A stretch of 53,541 nt of DNA from a virus (lineage: Duplodnaviria; Caudoviricetes). The stretch lies in the IMG/VR virus record IMGVR_UViG_3300002242_000923, positions 1 to 53,541 of that record. The stretch is one strand, 5' to 3'. The stretch's first letter is position 1. Each line of letters opens with the position of its first letter. Shown here one piece after another: positions 44,661 through 53,368 of this stretch. Below the pieces are notes generated by a model. It saw only the letters and a list, made by a program, of their open reading frames with translations, ran no database searches and was not told the origin of the DNA. Made by a program: the position numbers and the translations under genes.

Positions 44661-46973
44661 TCATACAGGTTTTGATTCATCATCTAGTTCCTTAACCACA
44701 GTTGATACTGTAATATTTGGTTTTGGCTTTACGAATTCTAAATGAATATCGTTTTTCTTAACTGTTACTTTAACGGTATCTCCTGCATCAACTTCTTTCT
44801 TAAGAATAGGCTTAACTAACATTTTAATTATAGATTCATCAACCTCTCTTTTAATTGGTCTTGCCCCCATCTCAGGATCGAATCCTCGCTCAGCTAGTAA
44901 TTCTTTAGCTTTCTTACTTACACTGAGTTTAATACCTTTAGCTGTTAGCTTTAACTGAACTAACTTAATAAATTTCTCAGTAATCTTAATCATAATATCT
45001 TCAGTAAGACTATTAAACTTAACTGTACCACTCAACTTATTTCGGAATTCAGGTCTAAATGTGTCATTTAAAGTTGTAATCATTGCTTTAGTTTGAGCAT
45101 CTACTTTATTGTTTATTGTAGAAGTTAGACCTAATGGTGCTTTGGTTTTTGAAGCAACGGTCGCTCCAGCATTAGAAGTCATTAAGACTAATACGTTGCT
45201 GAAGTCGACCTTGTTACCTCTGCCGTCTGTCATACTGGCTCCGTCCATGATACCTAGAAGGGCATCATAAACTTTCTCATGTGCTTTTTCTATCTCATCT
45301 AATAGTAATATAGTATGAGGATATTTCATAATCTCATTAGTTAGAGTACCACCTTCATCAGAGCCAATTAGCCCTGGAGATGATCCAAATAACTTAGAGA
45401 CAGACTCTTTATTTGAAAACTCTGACATATTTAATGCAAAGAAATTTGATTTAGTCTGTGCTGCAATTTGTTTTGCCAATTCAGTCTTACCAGTACCTGT
45501 TGGTCCCAATAATAAGAATGAACCTATTGGTTGCCCGATATCTCGTAGTCCAGCTTTAGCGATTTCAACTTGCTCTACCACTTGATCGATAGCGTCATCT
45601 TGTCCAAAAATAACTTTTTTAATATTTTCACTAATGTCTATATAATTAGACTTATTTCTAGACTGCTTGAATGCTGATATGGGTGTACCTGTTGCTATTG
45701 ATATAATTTGCTCTACATCTTCAATTGTAGCATTTGTTCTGGCACTCTTAAGTGTTGTCTTAATTCTCGCGCCAACACTATCTGTAACAGATATTGCTTT
45801 ATCAGGAAAGAATTGCGTAGTTAAATATTGACCACTAAGATTTACAATTCTTTCTAATACATCATCAGAATATGTAACCCCATGATACTTCTCTAAAACA
45901 GGTTTAATACCTTGCTTAAGTATTCTAAGAGTTTCCTTAGCTGTTGGCTCTTCGATCTTAACCATTTGGAAACGTCTCATAAGAGCTTTATCTTTAGTGA
46001 TCTTTTGGTTGTACTCCTCTTCAGTAGTAGCGCCGATACAGCTTAACTCACCATTAGATAAACTAGGTTTAATCATGTTAGCTAAGTCAACACCTTCTTT
46101 GCTACCACCGGCTCCAGCTCCCATTACTTGGTGAACCTCATCAATAAATAAAATACCATTGATTTTATCTTTTTGTTTAAGCTTTTTTAAGTCTTCTAGA
46201 ATACCTTTTACCTTTTCTTCAAATTCACCTCTAAACTTAGAACCAGCAAGTATGTTACCAACGTTAAGTGAATATACTCTTGAATTCTTAAGGGCATCAG
46301 GCACTTGACCTGTTTCAATTAGCGATGCTAGACCTTCAGCCACAGCCGTCTTACCAACCCCTGGTTTACCGACTAACATTGGATTCTTCTTTTTGTAGTG
46401 AGCTAAAATCTCTACTATGCGTTCTACCTCAGGCCGTCTACCGATAAGTGGGTCAATAAGTTTCTTTTTAGCTTTATCACCTAAATCATCACAGTATTCA
46501 ACTAAATTTTTATACTTACCTTTAGCTACTGTTCCACTATTAGGATCGTGTTTGTAACCTGATTTATTTAAAAAATAAGTAATATATGTATCAGGGTCAT
46601 TTGCTGCAACTTTATATGTAGAATTTAAAACATCTTCAAAGAAAATTGGTCTTTTATTATTTTTTGCATCATGCTGCGCATGGTCAAATATCTTTTTTAA
46701 ACCTGGAGTCATAGTTGCATCTAATCTTCCTGGTTTATTCATAAGATTTCGCATCTGAGAAAATATTTCTAATTGAGCATCCTCAACATCAATATGCTTA
46801 TCTAATGCGTCTTTAAGAAAATCTATATCACAACCTCTGGATTTAAGGAATTCTAGATTCTCTTCATAATCATCCTTAAGACAAAACCTTATAAATTTGC
46901 AAGTAGAAATAGTATCTATATTGGATTCTTCTACTACTCCTTCTAATAATTCTTGTGTTATTTTGTTAGTCAT
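44661..46973 (-). CDS. clpA: ClpA-like Hsp100 AAA+ unfoldase
   Basis: IDPLIGR, GKPGVGKT, LFIDEVH, RRFQ, GPTGTGKT, LLDEIEKAH, PLGL loop, GARP; no M-domain. Confidence 0.9.
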   Translation of the reverse strand: MTNKITQELLEGVVEESNIDTISTCKFIRFCLKDDYEENLEFLKSRGCDIDFLKDALDKHIDVEDAQLEIFSQMRNLMNKPGRLDATMTPGLKKIFDHAQHDAKNNKRPIFFEDVLNSTYKVAANDPDTYITYFLNKSGYKHDPNSGTVAKGKYKNLVEYCDDLGDKAKKKLIDPLIGRRPEVERIVEILAHYKKKNPMLVGKPGVGKTAVAEGLASLIETGQVPDALKNSRVYSLNVGNILAGSKFRGEFEEKVKGILEDLKKLKQKDKINGILFIDEVHQVMGAGAGGSKEGVDLANMIKPSLSNGELSCIGATTEEEYNQKITKDKALMRRFQMVKIEEPTAKETLRILKQGIKPVLEKYHGVTYSDDVLERIVNLSGQYLTTQFFPDKAISVTDSVGARIKTTLKSARTNATIEDVEQIISIATGTPISAFKQSRNKSNYIDISENIKKVIFGQDDAIDQVVEQVEIAKAGLRDIGQPIGSFLLLGPTGTGKTELAKQIAAQTKSNFFALNMSEFSNKESVSKLFGSSPGLIGSDEGGTLTNEIMKYPHTILLLDEIEKAHEKVYDALLGIMDGASMTDGRGNKVDFSNVLVLMTSNAGATVASKTKAPLGLTSTINNKVDAQTKAMITTLNDTFRPEFRNKLSGTVKFNSLTEDIMIKITEKFIKLVQLKLTAKGIKLSVSKKAKELLAERGFDPEMGARPIKREVDESIIKMLVKPILKKEVDAGDTVKVTVKKNDIHLEFVKPKPNITVSTVVKELDDESKPV

Positions 46974-46981
46974 TTGACCTC

Positions 46982-47314
46982 CTAAGACTTTTCGATAGTG
47001 AATTTCAATATGTTAATTTGTTCTCTGCGTAATGGCATTAGTTGTATAATGTGTTCTTTAATCATTTCAACAATAACTAATTTCATTTCTGCTACTTCTT
47101 TACTATAAGTACCGCAGATACCTTGACCACTTGAGTCAACTTCTGTAGCTACCTCTAAGGCATCATTATGTGTTAACTCAAATGCTTGTGATAAGATTAG
47201 AATAACCTCATCGTAAGATGTATAATCATTATTATGTACAATGACATCATATTCTGATGGTTTTTTTATTTTTACTTTCTCTTCGACTGCAATATCTGAA
47301 TTTGTTTCGTTCAT
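46982..47314 (-). CDS. clpS: ClpS N-degron adaptor
   Basis: KKPSEYDVIVHNNDYT, SGQGICGTYSKEVAEMK, LKFTIE; directly upstream of clpA. Confidence 0.9.
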   Translation of the reverse strand: MNETNSDIAVEEKVKIKKPSEYDVIVHNNDYTSYDEVILILSQAFELTHNDALEVATEVDSSGQGICGTYSKEVAEMKLVIVEMIKEHIIQLMPLRREQINILKFTIEKS

Positions 47315-47330
47315 GATACCCCTTGATTAT

Positions 47331-47393
47331 ATTAATGTATTGTTGGGAATCGAACCCATTACACCCCATGCCAACTACTGTAATTGTATTAAT
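47331..47393 (-). other. tRNA-like (T-arm) element in the clpS leader
   Basis: GGG-TTCGATT-CCC (47357-47345) adjacent to an ATTACA/TGTAAT stem; no full cloverleaf. Confidence 0.35.
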
Positions 47394-47421
47394 GAGGTTG
47401 GTTTACTCATACATATAATTT

Positions 47422-47432
47422 TCGATTCTGTT
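47422..47432 (-). promoter_or_regulatory. Phage-specific motif AACAGAATCGA
   Basis: Exact copy upstream of clpS-clpA. Confidence 0.75.
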
Positions 47433-47438
47433 TATGGT

Positions 47439-47662
47439 GGGTAGTTGTATAGTTTCAGTTGAAAAGAGAAGAACAAGTTAACAACACCGTCCAGGCTCTT
47501 TAACAAAAGACAAATTACAAATGCATACTATGTGGCTTAACAACGAAACAAAGGACTCTATCGGTCCATAAGTGGTCGCCACGACAAGTGCTAGTTTCCG
47601 TAGAAAGGCTTCAACGCCAGTTGATTTGGTTTCTCATTCCCCCATCCGCTCTACAACTACCC
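47439..47662 (-). ncRNA. Putative structured RNA with periodic UUGU repeats
   Basis: Perfect 11-bp closing stem GGGTAGTTGTA/TACAACTACCC; inner stems; GC-richer than flanks; no ORF in the track. Confidence 0.7.
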
Positions 47663-47673
47663 GAAGTGAGCCG

Positions 47674-48255
47674 TTACAGCAAGCTAATCGCTTGAAGTAG
47701 GGTCACTGTATCTTTACTAAGTGTAATCTTAGTATTGAAGTTTAATGCAAGGAGATCGTCCTCACATGCTTCAATCTTCTTAGATAATTCAACTTGTTGT
47801 TTCTTAAAGTTCTCTTCATCAGAACTTAAAAGAAAATTAGCATCAAACGATGAACGGCTAAATCTATCACCATTAGCTAAGAAAGTCTTATTTCTTTGAG
47901 ACTCATCCTCTAATTCTTTCTCATCTAATGAGTTAAAGCTTTTAAGGAAACTGTTAACAAAAGAAGCTTTGTTCTCTAAGATAACTTTATTAAGAATCTT
48001 TTTATTAATACCACTTTCATTATTTTTCTCAGCAATCTGCTGTCTAATTTTAAACCTAGCATCAATAAGACTATTTAGGTTATCAAAGGCAGTAAAGAAT
48101 TCAGCACGAGCTTGAACTAGCTCAGGTAGAACCTCTGACTGAACATCAGCATTAACTCTTACCGACTTAGATGTACTAAATTGGTGCTTTGCTTGAGAAA
48201 TAAAGCTCTCAAGTTTACTTTCTAATTTTCTTGCTTTTCTTAAATTTAATTCCAT
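47674..48255 (-). CDS. DIP1984/septicolysin-like coiled-coil protein
   Basis: LNLRKA N-terminus, IAEKN, DRFSRS, ELSKKIEACEDDLLALNFNTKI C-terminus; AGGAG RBS. Confidence 0.6.
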   Translation of the reverse strand: MELNLRKARKLESKLESFISQAKHQFSTSKSVRVNADVQSEVLPELVQARAEFFTAFDNLNSLIDARFKIRQQIAEKNNESGINKKILNKVILENKASFVNSFLKSFNSLDEKELEDESQRNKTFLANGDRFSRSSFDANFLLSSDEENFKKQQVELSKKIEACEDDLLALNFNTKITLSKDTVTLLQAISLL

Positions 48256-48537
48256 CTATTTCTCCTGGTTATATTTAGCTATAAAACTTTCTATTTCTGA
48301 TAACGATACAGGCTAATAATAACCAACCTACAAATATTATAAGTAAGACATCTAGCGTTATTGTTTTCCCCACTTCTCACAAAATTTGCATTCCTGCACT
48401 CTAATAAAGTGACGCTTTTCCCCAGTGTTTATATTAATTAAAACTGCAGTATGTAAACCTAAATTAAACAGAAATACTATAAACTTACTATAATTATTTT
48501 GAATGTCAAGCATTTGCGTCTTGTTCATATTGATTTT

Positions 48538-48548
48538 TCGATTCTGTT
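48538..48548 (-). promoter_or_regulatory. Phage-specific motif AACAGAATCGA
   Basis: Exact copy upstream of the DIP1984-like gene and RNA. Confidence 0.7.
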
Positions 48549-48871
48549 TTGATGTTATCTTTTATTATAAAGATAAATAGATTTATATTTTTAATATAGT
48601 ATTAACATTATACTTAAAAGTGTTTATAGTTATTTAATAATGTATATGATAACTTATTATCAAAATCATCCACATTATTTTTTTTGCTTATAATGTCTAA
48701 ATAACTTAAAATTTCAGTAAAGTTCCAAATTATTTCATAGTTATTTATTAAGTCATGTATATCATCCATTTATTATTTCCTCTTATATAGGCAATTACTA
48801 TTACACAAAATGTTTTACGCTGTTGTTATATTAAGATTTTTTCGTCATTACAGAGGTTTATTATTAATTCA

Positions 48872-49084
48872 TTAGACGGTTTTAGGATCAGTTTCTATAG
48901 TTTTATAATATAGTTCTTCTACATGAAAATAATCCTGTAAATTATTATGAAAAATAACCATAGCACCAGTTTCACGTACAATTTTACCATTACTAACTTT
49001 AATAAACTTGTCTACTATATTTAATTTTGATAAAGTTATGACAAAAGTTTGAACCATATTGTATCTTATATTCATTTCTACCAC
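48872..49084 (-). CDS. Hypothetical protein
   Basis: 70-aa ORF. Confidence 0.45.
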   Translation of the reverse strand: MVEMNIRYNMVQTFVITLSKLNIVDKFIKVSNGKIVRETGAMVIFHNNLQDYFHVEELYYKTIETDPKTV

Positions 49085-49166
49085 CTAAACTCATTATATT
49101 TAGTTATATGTGTATGTGCTGATTTCTAAACATAAACTGCAATGCTAATATATTAATGCTAGCCAA

Positions 49167-49664
49167 TTATTCTTTTATGATTTCAAAGAAGTGAGCTACT
49201 TGCTTTTTTCTTATCAAATCTTTTCTTATCTTTTTAGATATATAGATACATTGATCTATATAATTCTCAGATAACATCCCTGTTTCAAACCCCGTATGAT
49301 AGTTATAAGCATTAAAATGTCCACCAGCAAAATCAGTATAGAAATCTATAAATATATAATGAGTACCATGTCTAGTTGTTGTAACCCAATCATATGCAAA
49401 TATTAACGCATTACCTTTATTAACAATTTTCTTCATTTTATTAACAGTTACATTTTCATGAAACTTAAATTTAATACCATAAGCTTTAAGAATAGCTTTC
49501 ATATCACAAGCCCATTTACTTTTTTTAGGTTCATAGCCTGCTTTCTCTAAATCCTTCATAGTTTCTCTATAAGGAGCAGAATATCCTAGCCATTTAAGTG
49601 CATTCATAATAGCTATCGAACCACAACTCATTCTGTGTGGTTGTTCTGTTATGTATCTTTTCAT
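49167..49664 (-). CDS. C39-like cysteine peptidase
   Basis: EQPHRMSCGSIAIMNAL (Q..C), HYIFID. Confidence 0.7.
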   Translation of the reverse strand: MKRYITEQPHRMSCGSIAIMNALKWLGYSAPYRETMKDLEKAGYEPKKSKWACDMKAILKAYGIKFKFHENVTVNKMKKIVNKGNALIFAYDWVTTTRHGTHYIFIDFYTDFAGGHFNAYNYHTGFETGMLSENYIDQCIYISKKIRKDLIRKKQVAHFFEIIKE

Positions 49665-49707
49665 ATAGCTTTCCCCCTATATGCATAGATTTTTATCTAT
49701 ATTTTTT

Positions 49708-49718
49708 TCGATTCTGTT
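49708..49718 (-). promoter_or_regulatory. Phage-specific motif AACAGAATCGA
   Basis: Exact copy 44 nt upstream of start 49664; divergent TGGTAGAAT at 49748-49756. Confidence 0.75.
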
Positions 49719-49902
49719 AAAATAATTAAGGGTTTAACAAGAAACTATGGTAGAATATTACTAATCGAAAACGCAATTATGGGACACCAAATGATCAATA
49801 AAGTATCTTTTTTAAATATATCAAGCAACAAAACATCAATTTCACACCCTATATTAGCTAACTAAAATCAAGTAACATTTAATGCCTTAAGGAGGTTATT
49901 GC

Positions 49903-51768
49903 ATGACCGAAGAGTCGAAAAGTCTGAAAATTTTAAGTGACATCACAGTTTTTACAAAATATGCGAGATATAATCCAAAGTTAAAAAGAAGAGAAACTTG
50001 GGAAGAACTTTGTTATAGAAACAGAGATATGCACCTAAAGAAGTATCCTCAAATGCATGCTGAAATATTAAATTTATATAACAACTTTGTTATTCCTAAG
50101 AAAGTACTTCCATCAATGCGATCTATACAGTTTGGTGGTAAATCTATAGAGGTTGCGCCAAATAGAATGTACAATTGTTGCTATCTTCCTATTGATGATT
50201 TAAGAAGCTTTTCTGAGTCTATGTTTCTATTATTAGGAGGAACAGGTGTTGGTTATTCTGTTCAAAATAAACACATAGAAAAACTTCCTGAAATACGTAA
50301 ACCAATTAAAACTCGTAGATATTTAATAGGCGACTCAATTGAAGGGTGGGCAGATAGTATTAAGGCCTTATTATCCGCTTATATGAAAGGTAAATCTTTA
50401 CCTATTTTTGACTTTAGAGATATAAGGGAAAAAGGCGCCGCTCTTGTTACATCTGGAGGTAAGGCTCCAGGACCAGAGCCATTAAAGACGTGCTTACATC
50501 AATTGCAAACCATTCTTGATCGTAAGAAAAATGGTGAAAAACTTACTTCTTTAGAGGTTCACGATATGCTATGCTTTATTGCTGATGCTGTTTTAGCGGG
50601 TGGTATTCGTAGAGCAGCAATGATATGTTTATTTGACATGAATGATCAAGATATGCTAACATGTAAATTTGGAGAATGGTGGGAACTTAATCCGCAACGT
50701 GGACGAGCTAATAACTCAGCAGTTGTACTTAGACATAAGATAACCCACGATAAATTTATGGATTTATGGGGAAAAATAGAAGCATCAGGCTCAGGTGAGC
50801 CAGGATTTTATTTTAGCAATGATGCAGATCTTGGTTGTAATCCGTGCTGTGAGATCGCTCTTAAGCCATATGAATTCTGTAACCTAACCGAGATCAACTT
50901 AAGTAATGTAACGTCACAAGAGGATTTGAATGAGCGAGCTAAGGCAGCAGCTTTCTTAGGTACTCTTCAAGCAGGATATACTAGTTTTCATTATTTAAGG
51001 GACATTTGGAAACGAACTACAGAAAAAGAAGCATTAATAGGTGTATCAGGTACTGGTATTGCCTCAGGTGAAGTACTGCAGTATGATTTAAAAGAAGCAG
51101 CTGAAACTGTAAAGACTGAGAATGCACGTGTAGCAAAGATAATTGGAATTAACAAAGCAGCAAGGACAACAGCGATAAAGCCATCAGGGACAACATCTCT
51201 TGTTCTAGGGACCAGTTCAGGGATTCATGCATGGCATTCAGCATATTTCATTAGACGAATGCGTTTAGGGAAGAATGAAGCTATTTATAAATATTTAGCA
51301 GAAAAACACCCTGAATTAGTAGAAGATGAGTATTTTAAACCAGAAACTCAAGCTGTAGTTCAAGTGCCAATTAAAGCTCCTACGAATGGAATATTTAGAA
51401 CAGAAAGTCCAATTGACCTATTAGAAAGAATTAAAAAGTTTTCAGAAGAGTGGATTAAAACAGGTCACCGAAAAGGAGTTAATACTCACAATGTTAGTGC
51501 TACTGTTTCTATTAAAGAAGGTGAATGGGATTTAGTTGGAGCTTGGGTTTGGACAAATAGAAATTGTTTCAATGGCCTTTCATTCTTGCCATATTCAGAC
51601 CATAGTTATGTCCAAGCTCCTTTTGAGTCTATAACAAGTGAACAGTATGCCGAAATGGAAAAACATTTAAACAATATAGATTTAACTGAGATTATTGAAG
51701 ATAATGACGATACAGATTTAAGTGGGGAAATTGCTTGTGGTGGTGGTGGAGGTAGTTGCGAGATCTAA
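49903..51768 (+). CDS. nrdJ: Class II (adenosylcobalamin-dependent) ribonucleotide reductase
   Basis: KYAR..RRETW, YNC, GTGVG, GGIRRAA, NPCCEI, CNL, KPSGT, C-terminal CGGGGGSCEI. Confidence 0.95.
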   Translation: MTEESKSLKILSDITVFTKYARYNPKLKRRETWEELCYRNRDMHLKKYPQMHAEILNLYNNFVIPKKVLPSMRSIQFGGKSIEVAPNRMYNCCYLPIDDLRSFSESMFLLLGGTGVGYSVQNKHIEKLPEIRKPIKTRRYLIGDSIEGWADSIKALLSAYMKGKSLPIFDFRDIREKGAALVTSGGKAPGPEPLKTCLHQLQTILDRKKNGEKLTSLEVHDMLCFIADAVLAGGIRRAAMICLFDMNDQDMLTCKFGEWWELNPQRGRANNSAVVLRHKITHDKFMDLWGKIEASGSGEPGFYFSNDADLGCNPCCEIALKPYEFCNLTEINLSNVTSQEDLNERAKAAAFLGTLQAGYTSFHYLRDIWKRTTEKEALIGVSGTGIASGEVLQYDLKEAAETVKTENARVAKIIGINKAARTTAIKPSGTTSLVLGTSSGIHAWHSAYFIRRMRLGKNEAIYKYLAEKHPELVEDEYFKPETQAVVQVPIKAPTNGIFRTESPIDLLERIKKFSEEWIKTGHRKGVNTHNVSATVSIKEGEWDLVGAWVWTNRNCFNGLSFLPYSDHSYVQAPFESITSEQYAEMEKHLNNIDLTEIIEDNDDTDLSGEIACGGGGGSCEI

Positions 51769-51789
51769 CATCATTATGGGGAATAGAAT

Positions 51790-51819
51790 AGCGGTAGTGA
51801 AAAGCTACCGCTTCTTTTT
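51790..51819 (+). terminator. Rho-independent terminator
   Basis: AGCGGTAG/CTACCGCT stem plus T-run. Confidence 0.85.
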
Positions 51820-52076
51820 CACTTATGTAATTCTGAAAACAAACTATTTGCAAAACCATTATTAGGTTCTTTATTGCCATATTTAAGACAATAATCATTA
51901 GTATATAAGGCTGAATTCATCGGAATGTGAACATTAATTCCCAGTTCTGATAGAGCTTTACGTAAAGCTCTTAATCTCTTTCTACCTATTATAGTAGTAG
52001 GAAAATTCACCGCTTTACTGTAAGCTTTGTTAATTTCTTCTAATCTTTCTTCTTCATAAGTCTTTTGTGGTTTCAT
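51819..52076 (-). CDS. Hypothetical protein
   Basis: GGAG RBS. Confidence 0.6.
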   Translation of the reverse strand: MKPQKTYEEERLEEINKAYSKAVNFPTTIIGRKRLRALRKALSELGINVHIPMNSALYTNDYCLKYGNKEPNNGFANSLFSELHK

Positions 52077-52088
52077 ACTTCTCCATTG

Positions 52089-52388
52089 TTAATTAATTTT
52101 TCTCATTGCACTTCTATGGTTACAACTTTTACAAACTTTAATCTCGAATTCACCATCTGGTCTTTTTATAGGTACACTGTGAATATTGTCATTGCCACAT
52201 ACTTCACACACTGGAGTTATAGTTGGTTGATTATTTTCTATTTTATTTGCTCGTTCTTCTAATTTATCAATAACTACATTATTGACGATACTTCTTAATT
52301 TACTTACTTCTTTTCTTAATTTCTCATTCTCCTGCTCAAACTTCTTATAACGTCTCCATTCATTCTTTGAACTTCTTTGTCTTGACAT
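52089..52388 (-). CDS. Coiled-coil plus zinc-ribbon protein
   Basis: CEVC...CKSC; TGGTACAAT promoter upstream. Confidence 0.7.
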   Translation of the reverse strand: MSRQRSSKNEWRRYKKFEQENEKLRKEVSKLRSIVNNVVIDKLEERANKIENNQPTITPVCEVCGNDNIHSVPIKRPDGEFEIKVCKSCNHRSAMRKIN

Positions 52389-52475
52389 TTCTACTCCATA
52401 TTAGTGTAGGTAAACTACTTATATTGTACCATAATTACTACTGATTTAACCTCCATGTGTTAGTATAATGTATAT

Positions 52476-52781
52476 ATGAATGAATCTCAATTATTAGCAT
52501 ATTTTTGTCCCCTATGTAATTCTTCTCGTTTTGGTCCACATTGGATGTCAAGTTATGAAAGAGAATGGAATAAATGCACTTCTTGTGGCTATATGGAGTT
52601 ACAAGAAGTAACGAAGAACCGTATTTTTTCTTTAATTGATCCAGATATGCTTTCTGAACCATTTATCGACCCCATAACCGTTAAAATGATAGATAAAGTT
52701 AATGGCATGAAAGTAGACAGCGACAATATAAATAGCCAAAACAAGAGTACAAAGTGTAACAATTGCTCCTGCGCTGACTAA
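52476..52781 (+). CDS. Zinc-ribbon protein, probably leaderless
   Basis: CPLC...CTSC; TATAAT 6 nt before ATG. Confidence 0.65.
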   Translation: MNESQLLAYFCPLCNSSRFGPHWMSSYEREWNKCTSCGYMELQEVTKNRIFSLIDPDMLSEPFIDPITVKMIDKVNGMKVDSDNINSQNKSTKCNNCSCAD

Positions 52782-52801
52782 GCAAACTAATATCCAATTA
52801 A

Positions 52802-52993
52802 TCATTTATTGTCCCTTTTTACTTCATTCATGTCTTTAAGCACTCTATCTAAATTTGCAACGAAACTCGCTTGATCAGTTAACCCTAAATTAAATAAAAA
52901 GTCTTTCATATCATTTCTTATTTCTCTTTCTTTAATAAGTTCTCTAAAATCATTAATCTTTTTAAGTTCTAAAGTCATTTTTAAATTGTCCAA
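52802..52993 (-). CDS. Hypothetical protein
   Basis: 63-aa ORF. Confidence 0.5.
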   Translation of the reverse strand: MDNLKMTLELKKINDFRELIKEREIRNDMKDFLFNLGLTDQASFVANLDRVLKDMNEVKRDNK

Positions 52994-53023
52994 GTTATCA
53001 TATTGCTTTTAAATAACAGAGAG

Positions 53024-53368
53024 TTAAATATCTCTATCATCTCTGCTCATTATGTCATCTAATCTTTGCTCTACTTCAGCCTCTATTATTTCTTCCACTA
53101 TTCCATCTATCTTTTCATCTTGTTCTTTCTTCCAGATAGTTTTAAGTTTAGTTGCTAATCGTATGTGATTTATATTCTTTTCAATGCTTAATTCATGCAG
53201 TACGTCTTCTATTACACTAGCTAACTCTTTAACTACATGATCTCTAAAGCCTTTAGAATCTCTTCCCATATAGAATTCAAGGTAATCAACTAGTTTATGT
53301 AGTTTCTTAATTGCTTTACGTGCTCTTTTAGGAGGTTCTGTTTCTATTTTAGTTTTATCTTTAGGCAC
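53024..53368 (-). CDS. Hypothetical protein
   Basis: GAGGA RBS, GTG start. Confidence 0.65.
   Translation of the reverse strand: MPKDKTKIETEPPKRARKAIKKLHKLVDYLEFYMGRDSKGFRDHVVKELASVIEDVLHELSIEKNINHIRLATKLKTIWKKEQDEKIDGIVEEIIEAEVEQRLDDIMSRDDRDI

Noticed and set aside
47331-47393. Functional tRNA gene
   Set aside because: Only a T-arm is present; no convincing acceptor stem, D-arm or CCA
47439-47662. tmRNA, RNase P RNA or group I intron
   Set aside because: Too short, lacks tRNA-like ends or catalytic core motifs, and does not interrupt a gene
48550-48870. Very AT-rich stretch as replication origin
   Set aside because: No iterons seen; contains short ORFs with RBS that may explain it
49903-51768. 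Intein or intron in nrdJ, ligase or clpA
   Set aside because: Lengths and motif spacing are normal; no intein splice motifs
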